Below are positions 8,759-19,800 of a stretch of 36,787 nucleotides of DNA, one piece after another. Position numbers and translations under genes: made by a program. This DNA comes from Bacteroidales bacterium (GTDB taxonomy: Bacteria; Bacteroidota; Bacteroidia; Bacteroidales; WCHB1-69): positions 1-36,787 of the forward strand of contig JAISAD010000002.1 in assembly GCA_031266895.1 (NCBI GenBank), read 5' to 3'. Position 1 is the stretch's first letter. Each line of letters begins with the position of its first letter. The notes below the pieces were generated by a model. It did not search any database and was not told where the DNA came from. It saw only the letters and a list, made by a program, of their open reading frames with translations.

Positions 8759-11057
8759 CACTCATAAAATAAGAATAATTGCTATAAGCACTATAGCCGC
8801 CTTACTGTTGGGTATAGGCGGCTATTTGTTATGGAATAAAGGCAACCTGCGTGAAACCATAAAGCGTGAGAGCGCAAAACAGTTTGATTATGAATATATT
8901 CCAAATCAAAATATAGTTTTGGATTCGCGTATGGTTACATTTCGGAAAGATAGTCTATATGCTGATTTTCGCCGACACTTTCGTCTTCACTATCAGACGT
9001 TGGCAATGGGCGTTTTTGCCGATAGCAGCCGTTTGTTACTCATCTCCGAACCTCCGCCCTATTTTGAGCTGGACTCTATTCGCACACTTTTTGTCAAATT
9101 TACCCATAGCATCGAAACACGCTATCATAGAATGGGTTATGACGGGCGTGTTACCGATATTTTGATTTCAATAGCCAACGCCACCACCGAAAATATGCAA
9201 AATATCATCAAGGCGCTTGCCAAGCAGCTCTATCTTTCCGATTATAAGGCATTTGCCATGCCTTTGCCTGTTGAAAAAAAGCGAGCTTATTTTGCCAAAG
9301 AAACCCTCGACTATCAAATCTCTCTTGATGAATTTAATCAGTGGTTTTTAAAAGATAAGGAATTATTTGTAAGTCAAAAAGATACGATAGAAACGGATAG
9401 TATTCAATCCATTTTTACTCAACGCAAGCGGGGTGTTTTTTTTAGCAAAATACCCGGTTTTATAGCGTGGGCTATCCCCAAAAAAGGTGATTTGGGCGAA
9501 TACGTGCATGACATTCGACAGTTTACACTGGATGCTGACTTGATTTTGGGCGCTTTAGCCGACTCTGCTACTCTGATCATTATCGGGAGAGAACGGGAAG
9601 CCCCGCTCTATGAGTTGCCGCCACTCAATGTGGAGTCTGTCCTGCTGCTGGCCTCTATCACCGAAAAGGAACTGTCACAAAGTCTGGATGTCAATGATTT
9701 TATGGCTGGCAAGATGCCTAACGGCCACGATTGGTGTCCTACATACTTGAGTAAAGAATTGGAAAACACAGAAATAGGGCATCTTTTAACCATTACCGAT
9801 ATTTTATTGAAAGACTGGTCGGAAAACGGCAGCATACAGGAAGCCTATTACCGCTATCCTGAACCAAATTACTATCCTTTCGACAGACCGCTGTTTCGCA
9901 AACTTGGCCTTAATGAACTGGTTTATAACTGGAATACTGATAATGCCATGTATGCTATTGATTTAGAAAATGTTACAATTTACACACCCAATCACACCGG
10001 CGCACTGCCTGTATCCTATTTCAATTCGCAGGAGCGCAGTATCTCTATCGGTCATCGTTATGAATTGCAGGCTTATCACTATTTTGCCACACTGAATAAC
10101 ACCGATTTGGCTCGCGTGGTGCAATATACCACACTCTATCAGCTTTTTACAGATAATGAAATTTACTATTCGGGTAATATACACAGTTCCCCACCCAAAA
10201 ATAAGGCTTACCTGCTCTATAAGCCTGTTTTGCGATTGTTGGGTGTATTTAAAAACATGTCAAGCAAAGAGATAACCTGTTTCGCGGATACACTGTCGCA
10301 CATTCAGTTTCGCGATTATCAGAACAAGCAGGTGGACGAGGCCATGCTGCGCAATGAGAATGACTATCATTTTACTTACAGCGCTACCGATCGCGACCGC
10401 ATTTATCAAGATATAAAAGGACACACTACCCAACAGATTGCACAGGAGTTTTACGGTATGCGGCAACTGTTGAATGGATTATCGGAAGAAAATTTGCAAC
10501 GGTTAGCCAAATATTTGTCTTACCCACGCGGCTTTCGCCTGCAAAACCGTACTGATTACACCCTCTATTTGCAAGCGCGTCAAACTAACCAGCTGCTGCG
10601 CACTATTGGCAAAAACCATCTTCCCCTTTTACATATTGATCTCAACGAAGTAAAAAATTTCTATGTCAATAATTTGGCTTCATCATCTGCCAGATATCTT
10701 AAAACACCCTCTATCATAATTACTTACAATGATATGTTGACCACTGGCGGGCACAATCTTTCTTCACGCATCAGCCGTGTAAAATCGACTGCCAACTACA
10801 AGCGCAACAATTATCATCCCACTGATTACAGCCGACCGGTAGTGGAAAACGCTCCTGCTACTCCGACACCGCTTCCGGTCAAAACGCCAGCAAACACGCC
10901 TGCGAAAGACAGCGCACCGCGTCCTACAACTGTTATCACTGCTCCTCCAAAAAGCAAGAATGCATCCACCACAGGTAAAGCAACATCGCCCCAAGCGAAC
11001 ACTCGTCCACGCAGCACCGTAATTTCGAGTGCCCCGCGCGGTACACGGGGGTTTTAA
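8745..11057 (+). CDS. Hypothetical protein with an N-terminal membrane anchor and a Pro/Thr-rich C-terminal tail
   Basis: 770 aa ORF with TM segment IIAISTIAALLLGIGGYLLW, overlapping the DUF1015 stop by 14 bp. No family recognised. Confidence 0.75.
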   Translation: MSWNSTHKIRIIAISTIAALLLGIGGYLLWNKGNLRETIKRESAKQFDYEYIPNQNIVLDSRMVTFRKDSLYADFRRHFRLHYQTLAMGVFADSSRLLLISEPPPYFELDSIRTLFVKFTHSIETRYHRMGYDGRVTDILISIANATTENMQNIIKALAKQLYLSDYKAFAMPLPVEKKRAYFAKETLDYQISLDEFNQWFLKDKELFVSQKDTIETDSIQSIFTQRKRGVFFSKIPGFIAWAIPKKGDLGEYVHDIRQFTLDADLILGALADSATLIIIGREREAPLYELPPLNVESVLLLASITEKELSQSLDVNDFMAGKMPNGHDWCPTYLSKELENTEIGHLLTITDILLKDWSENGSIQEAYYRYPEPNYYPFDRPLFRKLGLNELVYNWNTDNAMYAIDLENVTIYTPNHTGALPVSYFNSQERSISIGHRYELQAYHYFATLNNTDLARVVQYTTLYQLFTDNEIYYSGNIHSSPPKNKAYLLYKPVLRLLGVFKNMSSKEITCFADTLSHIQFRDYQNKQVDEAMLRNENDYHFTYSATDRDRIYQDIKGHTTQQIAQEFYGMRQLLNGLSEENLQRLAKYLSYPRGFRLQNRTDYTLYLQARQTNQLLRTIGKNHLPLLHIDLNEVKNFYVNNLASSSARYLKTPSIIITYNDMLTTGGHNLSSRISRVKSTANYKRNNYHPTDYSRPVVENAPATPTPLPVKTPANTPAKDSAPRPTTVITAPPKSKNASTTGKATSPQANTRPRSTVISSAPRGTRGF

Positions 11058-11130
11058 GAGAAAAAGTTTGTGGCGAGAATGGAAAAATGGGTGGTATTGT
11101 ATCTAATATGTTGATTGGTAGTCAACTTAG

Positions 11131-11202
11131 TACTCCCGCCGGGAATCGAACCCGAATTTAAAGTTTAGGAAACTTTTGTTCTATCCATTGAACTACAGGA
11201 GC
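11131..11202 (-). tRNA. tRNA-Arg(CCU)
   Basis: Reverse complement GCTCCTGTAGTTCAATGGATAGAACAAAAGTTTCCTAAACTTTAAATTCGGGTTCGATTCCCGGCGGGAGTA. Anticodon arm AAAGT-TT-CCT-AA-ACTTT and T-loop GGTTCGATTCC. A TAATTTTG element lies just upstream (11214-11221). Confidence 0.95.
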
Positions 11203-11274
11203 AAAAAGGGCTGCAAAATTACGAGAAATTTTTGAAATACCGAACCGATTAGGTTGCACAATAGTAAAAACAAA

Positions 11275-11308
11275 AACAGGAAGAAAATAATTTTATTTTC
11301 TTCCTGTT
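11275..11308 (-). terminator. Intrinsic terminator of the adhesin gene
   Basis: Perfect inverted repeat AACAGGAAGAAAATAA-TT-TTATTTTCTTCCTGTT followed by T-runs on the minus strand, 20 nt past the stop. Confidence 0.75.
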
Positions 11309-11327
11309 CGATTCGGATAATAGATTG

Positions 11328-13706
11328 TTAGTTGATAACAATTTTGTGAATTGATGTTTTCCCGTTGCTTTCTACCTGAATAAAATACATGCCGGAAACT
11401 TTATTGATAGTACGTTGCGTATAAGCATTTAGAGCAAATGTATCAATTACTTTGCCTGTTATATCATAAACTTTTATGTTGGATTTTTCGCTAACGGTGA
11501 TATTTACATCTCCTTTTGACGGATTTGGGTAAATATTCACGTTATTGATAGTTGCTGCTTCAATACCCGATTTTGGAGAGACGTCAATATCATCAATCTT
11601 TAGGAGTTCAGCATCGTAGCAATCATGGTGACGCCACGCAATATAAATATTTTGTCCGGCATAAGCAGCAAGATCAATCGTTTTGAGAGTCCAATCGGTC
11701 GTTGTCAAATCTTCCGTTAAAATAGCAGTGAAATTAGCTGCTGCTGTTCCTGTTGTAGAAATCATAACCGAATAATGTTCGCTTGCCCCATCTTCATTAT
11801 AAGTATCACCCACCCAATAGGTTAAAATAGCCCCTGCAGCAGGTATGATTAAAGGTGGCGTGATTAAATAATTATCGGGAGTAATACCTCCGCTGCTAAC
11901 CCAAGATTGAGAAGCTGCAAAAAAACTGCCGGAATGTGCATCATACATAGGCAAATTAGGGTCGTCCGCAGATTCTCTTATCATCCAGTTATAACCATCA
12001 TTATTGGCATCTATTGCTGTCCAACAGAGAGGGATTGAAGTGGAAGCATCAAAATTTTCCGTGAATGGTAATGTACTTGCTTCACAAACCGTATTGGTAA
12101 CGGTAATTGTTGTGCTGTCATTTTCAGTATTTTCATCACCGGACAAAATAACTCTAACCGTAATGGTGTGGTTGCCGGCTGCACTTAAATTAGCAGTAGC
12201 TTGAAAGGTGTAGCTTTGAATTGCCAAACTGGCAATATTCCCGGTGAAATCTTCAACAGTTTCTGTGCCGCCATCCACGGTTAACCCAAGTTGCATTGTT
12301 GTAATCGGGTCGGACCCAAAATTCCTGATATTTACTGTAACCGATTCTGTAGCAGTTAAATTTGTGCCTGAAACAGGAGCAGTAATTGCCGTAACAGTAG
12401 CATCGTTTGTTGCAAGCTCGGCACAGGTTGCCGCATAGTCTTGTAACAGATAGCCGGTAGTAAGATTCGAATAACCAGCTCCGTTTAATGGAGTCGTATA
12501 AATGTCGATTCCATTTTGGTCATAAATAGTAAATACTTCTTCGCCATAAGGAATATATCCCCAATATGAACCATCTAAAAATGCAAATGTTACAGTGCCA
12601 ATATAAACATCAAAAGTAAGAGTTTCCGGAGCAGCTTCTGTTCCAGTACTGGTATATAATAATGTCGTAACAACATTGTTCTGGAAAACGGCAACAGTGC
12701 CTTCCCAACCATCTTCCAAAGCATCGTACATGGTTATTGACCATTGGCAAGGAGTCCCTTTTTCTATATCTTCGATTGTGGTAGAAACAGAGGGACAACC
12801 GTCAAATTTTGCAATAATTTCAATATCAAATAATCCGTCTGGGCAGTTTTGATATGTATAAGAAGTAACAATTCCTGCAAGAGCAGTTTCTATTGTGGCT
12901 CCGTTAACAATAATTTCATAGCTGTCAGGAGCATTATCAATGTCCCAGTTTATCACCAAGTCATTCCCTTGTACAATAGCGGTTTCGTCAGAGAATATTG
13001 AGGTACAACCAGCAGGGTCATAAACAGCAACATTATCAATACCGAGCCAGAATCCATCGGTACCCTCATGAACAAACGCAATATAAATGTCTTGACCGGC
13101 GTAAGCACTTAAATCGACAGTTTTTTCTGTCCATGATTCATATTGAATTTCTGATTCTGATAAAATGTTTGTAAAAGAAGCAGGATTAGCATCCGTTGTA
13201 GAAACTTTTACACTATAAGTTTCATCGTATGGAGTTGTTCTAATCCAAAAAGAAAAAACAATTTCTGTGGTTACTGAAATTTGAGGTGTAATTAAAAAGT
13301 TGTTGGGGGTAAGAGTGGCCCCGGGTGAGCCTAATTGACCGGTATTAAGATACGAAGCAGATACGGCACATTTAGAGTTAGCAACTCCGAAACTTGACAA
13401 CATAGCTGAAATGGTAGATTCGGTATTAATTACCCAATTGTAGCCATCTGCATCTTGGTCAACAATTGTCCAACCTGCCGGTGGAAAAGTTTCACCTTCA
13501 AAGTTTTCAATTACATAAGACGCTGATTTTGCCAAAAATGTAGATTGAACCGGTTGTTGTTGCGGGTTCAAGTAACGATTTGTTACTGCTTTTGGTAAGG
13601 TTTTGTTGTTAGATGGTTGTTTAACTGCAATTGCTCCATTCTCTTGCTGAGCATTTAAGCCAATCGTAATAAATACGATACTGATTAATGATACTAACTT
13701 TTTCAT
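11328..13706 (-). CDS. T9SS-secreted protein with two cleaved-adhesin (choice-of-anchor J) domains and a CARDB-like domain
   Basis: Signal peptide, two W..IDADxDGYNW...TP.N.LITP...DL.AYAGQ.IYIA..H domains, and C-terminal NIYPNPSKG...VYDITGK...GMYFIQV...KIVIN. Confidence 0.85.
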   Translation of the reverse strand: MKKLVSLISIVFITIGLNAQQENGAIAVKQPSNNKTLPKAVTNRYLNPQQQPVQSTFLAKSASYVIENFEGETFPPAGWTIVDQDADGYNWVINTESTISAMLSSFGVANSKCAVSASYLNTGQLGSPGATLTPNNFLITPQISVTTEIVFSFWIRTTPYDETYSVKVSTTDANPASFTNILSESEIQYESWTEKTVDLSAYAGQDIYIAFVHEGTDGFWLGIDNVAVYDPAGCTSIFSDETAIVQGNDLVINWDIDNAPDSYEIIVNGATIETALAGIVTSYTYQNCPDGLFDIEIIAKFDGCPSVSTTIEDIEKGTPCQWSITMYDALEDGWEGTVAVFQNNVVTTLLYTSTGTEAAPETLTFDVYIGTVTFAFLDGSYWGYIPYGEEVFTIYDQNGIDIYTTPLNGAGYSNLTTGYLLQDYAATCAELATNDATVTAITAPVSGTNLTATESVTVNIRNFGSDPITTMQLGLTVDGGTETVEDFTGNIASLAIQSYTFQATANLSAAGNHTITVRVILSGDENTENDSTTITVTNTVCEASTLPFTENFDASTSIPLCWTAIDANNDGYNWMIRESADDPNLPMYDAHSGSFFAASQSWVSSGGITPDNYLITPPLIIPAAGAILTYWVGDTYNEDGASEHYSVMISTTGTAAANFTAILTEDLTTTDWTLKTIDLAAYAGQNIYIAWRHHDCYDAELLKIDDIDVSPKSGIEAATINNVNIYPNPSKGDVNITVSEKSNIKVYDITGKVIDTFALNAYTQRTINKVSGMYFIQVESNGKTSIHKIVIN

Positions 13707-13887
13707 GACTAATGATTTTTAGTTATTAAAATGAATTATTTGCTGCAAAGATACAAAAAAGGAGTTTGATATATGGGGTTTTTATTGTATGAAATTCTTA
13801 TTATTCAATGAACCCGCAAAAAATATAACTTGCTGCAGTTTAATTTTTTAAGGTTTTATGAAAGGGAAATCTAAAATGTTTCCAATA

Positions 13888-13913
13888 AAAAAGAGGGACA
13901 AAGCCCTCTTTTT
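13888..13913 (-). terminator. Intrinsic (bidirectional-type) terminator downstream of ssb
   Basis: AAAAAGAGGG-ACAAAG-CCCTCTTTTT, about 25 nt past the ssb stop. Confidence 0.8.
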
Positions 13914-13937
13914 GTACGGAAATACTGTTTGACAGTG

Positions 13938-14384
13938 TTAGAATGGCAATCCATCGCTTGATTCGGAGACAAATGTTGTTTCCTCCGATTCGAAGGATTC
14001 GGGGACAATTTCGCCGACCGGTACTTGCACGGCAACACTTTTTGCGCTCTCGTCGGCTTTGCCGCCCAGCATGGTGAAAGTCGAAACTTCCACTTCGGTA
14101 ATGTAGCGCTTTGAGCCATTTTCTTCCCAGCTACGTGTCCGCAATTTACCCTCCAAATAGATTAACTTCCCTTTAGTGAGGTATTTTTCTGCAATTTCGG
14201 CCAAATTGCGCCAGCAGACAATGCTGTGCCACTCGGTTTGCTCCATGCGATTTCCTTCTTTATCTTTGCGGATTTCAGAGGTGGCTAATGTGAAAAACGC
14301 CTTTTTAGCGCCATTTTCGAAACTCCTGATTTCGGGGTCTTTTCCTAAACGCCCGATGAGAATAACTTTGTTAATTCCAGACAT
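13938..14384 (-). CDS. ssb: Single-stranded DNA-binding protein
   Basis: INKVILIGRLGKDPE, TEWH, EGKLRTRSW and an acidic tail ending DGLPF. Confidence 0.96.
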   Translation of the reverse strand: MSGINKVILIGRLGKDPEIRSFENGAKKAFFTLATSEIRKDKEGNRMEQTEWHSIVCWRNLAEIAEKYLTKGKLIYLEGKLRTRSWEENGSKRYITEVEVSTFTMLGGKADESAKSVAVQVPVGEIVPESFESEETTFVSESSDGLPF

Positions 14385-14567
14385 AATTTATAGGTTTTAA
14401 AATTCGGGGCAAAGATACAAAAAATTCGTATATTATAATCAATTTTTGAAAAATGTTTTTTTGCGTTGCAAATCAATAAATTTCACTCAATTTGTCTCTC
14501 TTTATTGGCCTCTTTTTAATTATAAATGCCGATTAGGCATAAGTTGAAACTGAAAAAATAGCAGAGT

Positions 14568-16715
14568 TTAGGAGTCAGAATCCAAATTTCTCATGGAAAG
14601 CGAGATCCGTTTTCTATACATATCCACTTCAAGTACTTTCACCTTAACTTTTTGATTCAGCTTTACCACAGTATTGGGATCGGTGATATATCTATTTGTG
14701 ATTTGGCTGATATGCACCAATCCGTCTTGATGTACACCTATGTCTATAAAACAGCCGAAATTGGTAATGTTTGTAATAATTCCGGGCACAACCATTCCAG
14801 GCTTCAAATCATTGATGCTGTTTATGTTTTTGTCAAATTCAAACAGGTCGAAATGCGCTCTGGGATCACGGCCGGGCTTAGTCAACTCCTGCATAATATC
14901 CCTGAGAGTGGGCATTCCTGTTTTGTCGGTTATAAAGAGCTGTAAATTTAACCCTTTGCGCAAGGCCTCGTTTTGTAACAGTTCTGTAACAGTGCAACCG
15001 GCATGTTTAGCCATTTCATCCACAATATGATAGCTTTCGGGATGTACGGCGCTGGCATCCAGCGGATTTTTAGCGCCATGAATACGCAGAAAACCGGCCG
15101 CCTGCTCAAAAGCCTTATCGCCAAATCGCGGTACTTTTTTCAGTTGTGTGCGTGAAACAAATGCTCCATTGGCATTGCGGTAGTCCACAATATTTTTAGC
15201 CAGCGCAGGTCCCACGCCCGACACGTATGACAATAATTCCTTACTGGCCGTATTGACCTCTACGCCCACGTAATTCACGCAGCTTTCCACCACATTGAGC
15301 AGACTTTTCTGGAGGTGATTTTGATTTATATCGTGCTGGTATTGCCCCACGCCAATAGATTTTGGTTCTATTTTGACCAGTTCGGCAAGCGGATCCATCA
15401 GGCGGCGACCGATAGAAACAGCGCCACGAACCGTAACGTCATAATCGGGAAATTCGGCGCGCGCTACCTCAGAAGCCGAATAGATAGAGGCGCCACTCTC
15501 ATTCACTGCAATGGTGATTACTTCGCGCTCAAAAGGAATGCTGCGCACAAAATGTTCGGTTTCGCGGCCTGCTGTGCCATTACCAATGGCGATAGCTTCT
15601 ACCTTGTATAAATTTACTAAATGCCTTAATGTTTTGGAAGCCAGTTCATACTCCTGCTGTGGCGGATGCGGGTAAATGGTATCAGTGTGCAGTAATTTAC
15701 CTTGCTTGTCAAGCACCACAACTTTGCATCCTGTACGGAAACCGGGATCAATGGCCAATACTGTTTTTTGGCCGAGCGGTGCAGCCAGCAGCAGCTGGCG
15801 CAGGTTGGCTACAAACACTTTAATAGCCTCGTTATCGGCGCATTCTTTGTAGAATTTACGCATTTCGGTTTCCATTTGAGGTTGGAGCAAGCGCTTGTAA
15901 GCATCCACACAGGCGAGCCACACCTCATCAGCGGCATCGTTATCGCTCTTAATGCAGTGGCGCTCCATAATATCCAGCGCCCGCTCTTCGTCGGGCATTA
16001 CCGAAAGGCGCAAAAAGCCTTCGTCTTCGCCTCTAAACATGGCTAATACCCTATGTGATGGCGCTTTAGCTAAAATTTCTTCCGAATTAAAATAGATTTC
16101 ATACTTACTGCCCTCTTCCTCTTTGCCTTTTACCACTTTGGAAACAATAACACCCTCGCGTTGAAACATGCGGCGCATTTTATCGCGTAAGGCGGAATCT
16201 TCGCTTACCCATTCGGCCACAATATCGCGTGCACCGGCCAGCGCCTCTTCCATTGTGTTGACTCCTTTTTCTTCATTAATAAACTTGGCTGCAGCCGCCT
16301 CCACATCAAAACGGTCTTGCTGGTAGAGCTGTTTCGCCAATGGCTCCAACCCCTTTTCGATAGCAATTGTAGCACGTGTTTTCCGTTTAGGACGGTAGGG
16401 AAGGTAGAGATCTTCCAGCACTGCCATTGTAATGGCTTCGTTCAACTGTTTTTCCAATTGCGGGGTCATTTTGCCCTGTTCGGTAATGGAATCGATAATC
16501 GTGGCACGGCGTTTATCCAGCTCCACCCATTTGTTGTACAAATCCCTGATTCGAGCCAATTGCACCTCGTCGAGACTGTTTGTGGCCTCTTTGCGATAAC
16601 GTGCAATAAAAGGAATGGTAGCGCCCTCATTGAGCAACTCCAAAGTGTTTTTTACCTGCATTTCTTTTACGCCCAACTCTTTGGCAATAATGGCAGCATA
16701 GTTTCTTTCAGTCAT
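14568..16715 (-). CDS. tex: Tex family RNA-binding transcriptional accessory protein
   Basis: GATIPFIARYRKEAT, AIDPGFRTGCK, ESGASIYSAS, IGVGQYQHD and a C-terminal S1 domain (FIDIGVHQDGLVHISQ). Confidence 0.95.
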   Translation of the reverse strand: MTERNYAAIIAKELGVKEMQVKNTLELLNEGATIPFIARYRKEATNSLDEVQLARIRDLYNKWVELDKRRATIIDSITEQGKMTPQLEKQLNEAITMAVLEDLYLPYRPKRKTRATIAIEKGLEPLAKQLYQQDRFDVEAAAAKFINEEKGVNTMEEALAGARDIVAEWVSEDSALRDKMRRMFQREGVIVSKVVKGKEEEGSKYEIYFNSEEILAKAPSHRVLAMFRGEDEGFLRLSVMPDEERALDIMERHCIKSDNDAADEVWLACVDAYKRLLQPQMETEMRKFYKECADNEAIKVFVANLRQLLLAAPLGQKTVLAIDPGFRTGCKVVVLDKQGKLLHTDTIYPHPPQQEYELASKTLRHLVNLYKVEAIAIGNGTAGRETEHFVRSIPFEREVITIAVNESGASIYSASEVARAEFPDYDVTVRGAVSIGRRLMDPLAELVKIEPKSIGVGQYQHDINQNHLQKSLLNVVESCVNYVGVEVNTASKELLSYVSGVGPALAKNIVDYRNANGAFVSRTQLKKVPRFGDKAFEQAAGFLRIHGAKNPLDASAVHPESYHIVDEMAKHAGCTVTELLQNEALRKGLNLQLFITDKTGMPTLRDIMQELTKPGRDPRAHFDLFEFDKNINSINDLKPGMVVPGIITNITNFGCFIDIGVHQDGLVHISQITNRYITDPNTVVKLNQKVKVKVLEVDMYRKRISLSMRNLDSDS

Positions 16716-16870
16716 AAATTGTTTTTTTAGAAGTGCAAAAATAGCGATTTTCTCTTAGAAGTATCTTGAACCTCCATTTTTGAGGATAATTTGTTTTTAA
16801 GATTATGCATTCGCACTATAATAAATATGGAATAAAATATTATTTTTGCAAGGAAATAAATAAAGATGTA

Positions 16871-19800
16871 ATGAGACGTTTTTCGTTAGTAATATTCCTG
16901 ATTTCAGTATCGTTTTTTGTTAGTGCACAAAAATTTAGCGGATTTTCCGGCGATGTAGCCAAAACCGCCGACGAGGTGAAAGCCTTTATCGAAACTGCGC
17001 CAAAGGACCGTCAAAGGGAGGGCGATGAATTGGTAAAGCAATTTGAACTGCTGTGGAATAAAGGAGCTGTTGCCGCGCCCGTGCAACACGACTTTATAGA
17101 GACGGCCAACCAGTTAATAGATAAAAAATTACGACCGTTTCCTCACTTTAGGGCCTTTATGCTGGCCTACTTGGCTTTTGCTCAAAGTGAACATATTGAT
17201 ATACATGCGGACTGGAAAAGTTGCGTAAGCTATTTTATTAATAGCGAACCGGGTAAATTTTCGGATTATATGAACACCTATGCCGATTTTTTCAGGGGAA
17301 AATACCTTAATAATAAATCGAACGTAAAATGGCGTGTGGATGGTTCGCTAGACAGAATGGGCATTGATAAGGAGCCTTATTTGAGCTTTAAAAATGTAGA
17401 TTTAACAGGCGCCTCCTTGCAGGACAGTCTGACAATAATCAACACATCGGGGCGCTTCTTTCCGCTTTCCGGCAATTGGGAAGGAAAAGGCGGTGAAGTA
17501 AACTGGGCACGCGCAGGCTTGACCGACCAGGTGAAAGCTACGCTTGATAATTACAGGGTTGAGGTTAAATTTGCCTTTTTTAAGGCCGAAAATGTTACTT
17601 TCTACTATCCGAAACTGTTTGCTCGACCGCTCAAGGGCAGGCTGGAAGAGAAAGCAGGCCTGGAGGTGAGTGAAGAAAAGGCAACCTACCCGCGCTTTAA
17701 AAGTTATGAAAACACGCTGACTGTCAAGGGAATGTATGAAAATGTGGATTACATTGGCGGCTTTGAGATGCGGGGAGGATCGGTACTTGGCTCTTCCGAT
17801 AGCATTATTCCGGCCAAAGTGCTGGTGCGCAATGCAAAAGGGAAACTTGTAGTAAAAGTCGAGTCGTACAGCTTCCTCTTTCGTCCTCAAAACCTTTTAT
17901 CGCAGGATGCCCGCATCTCCGTCTATTTCGACACCGATTCGATTTACCACCCTGCGGCTAATTTCAAGTACAATTCCGATATGCGCGAGCTGATTGTATC
18001 GCGCCCCAAAGATGGCGTAGGCAGATCGCCATTCTTCGACTCCTACCACAAAATGGACATTTATGCGGAGTCTATTCAATGGAAAACCGACATGGAACGC
18101 ATTGAAATCAAGCCGCTTGTGGGAATGCAAAGTTCAAGTCCTGCCCGCTTTGAATCGCAAAACTACTTCAACTCGCAGGTAATGCGCGAAATGCAGGGAT
18201 TTAATGAAATTAACCCCCTTTATACGCTGTGGGAAGTTTTTCATCGCAACAAATTGAATCCCTTAACATTAAACCAGGTGTGCAGCCATTTTAAAAAATC
18301 GCCGGTAGATATCAGGCGCCTGCTAATTGACATGGCGGCGTTCGGATTTATTGAATATGATGTAATAAACGACAGGATAATCTATCGCCGCAAGCTGGCA
18401 CAGTATCTGAATAACGATATAGATAAAATGGACTATGACAATATTGTGCTGGAATCGAACACGCATTTTGCTACTATTGACTTGGTAACCAATAGACTGA
18501 ATATAACCGGCTGCGAATTTTTTGTATTAAGCGATGCACAGATTGTCAATGTTTACCCCACAGGCGGCAAGGTTACGGTAAAGCGGAATCGGGACATGGA
18601 TTTTTCGGGAAAAATTATTGCCGGACTGTTTGATTTTGCTTCGCATCAGTGTGAATTTAACTATGATAAATTCGAGGTAGGCATGAATGTTATTGACACC
18701 CTGATACTCTATTCGGAAGACATGAACGCCCCCGTAAACATGTATGGAGAACACAAGCTACGCCGCATTCGTAGCGTAATTGAAGAACTTTCGGGAACAC
18801 TCTACATTGACGTCCCCGGCAATAAAAGCGGGCGGGTAGATTATCCCGACTATCCCATGTTTGAGGCACGCAAGGGAGGACATGTATTCTATGATAAGCA
18901 AGAGGTGCTGGGCGGTGTTTACACGCGCGATCGCTTTCACTTTTCGTTAGACCGGTTCATAATCAAGAACCTGGATAACTTTTCTATCGATTCAATGAAA
19001 TTTTCCGGCCGGCTGATTTCGGGTGGAATTTTTGAAGATATTGAAGAGCCGTTGCAGATTCGCCCCGACTTTTCGCTGGGATTTGTCTATAAAACCAATC
19101 CTTCAGGAATAAAAATGTATGAGGGAAGGGCTACCTATCATAATGTTATTGACTTGAGCAACAGAGGCTTGCGCGGCAAGGGAACAATACAGTACCTCAC
19201 CTCTACCACCATAGCCGACGATTATATCTTTTATCTCGACTCCACTACGGGCAACCCCTCGTCTCACGTAGTAGCGCCCCAAATAGCCGGCACGGAATAC
19301 CCGCCGGCCTCGGTCGTAAACGCTCGCCTCTTCTGGCAGCCCTATCAGGAACAGATGTTTGTTTATACAAAAAACAGCCTCATGGATATTTTTGGCGAAA
19401 CCAGGCTGAGCGGCTTTTCCAGGCTCACCCCTTCGGGAATGTATGGCGGAGGCGTACTCGATTTCAAGCGGGCCGACCTTATCTCGCAGCATTTCACATT
19501 CCTGCACCATGCCCTCCTGGCCGACTCTTCGAACCTGCGCATCTTTATGACCGAGGAGAAAAAAGAACAGGTATTCAGTACCAGCAACTACCTGTCGGAC
19601 ATTAACTTCCAAACACGCAAGGGAGCCTTTACTTCGCGGGACGGCTTTTCTGAAGTGTTTTTTATTAAAAATGAGTACAAGGCGCGTGCAGACTATTTTG
19701 AATGGAGTCCGATTGACGACAACCTGCTGAGCTTCAAATGGAATGACCCCTATGCCGGTGTTGATATAAATGGACAGCCGGCCAGAGACCTTATGGATAT

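Noticed and set aside
11131-13706. Island integrated at tRNA-Arg
   Set aside because: No integrase and no duplicated tRNA 3' end were seen, and the adhesin gene lies on the tRNA's 5' side.
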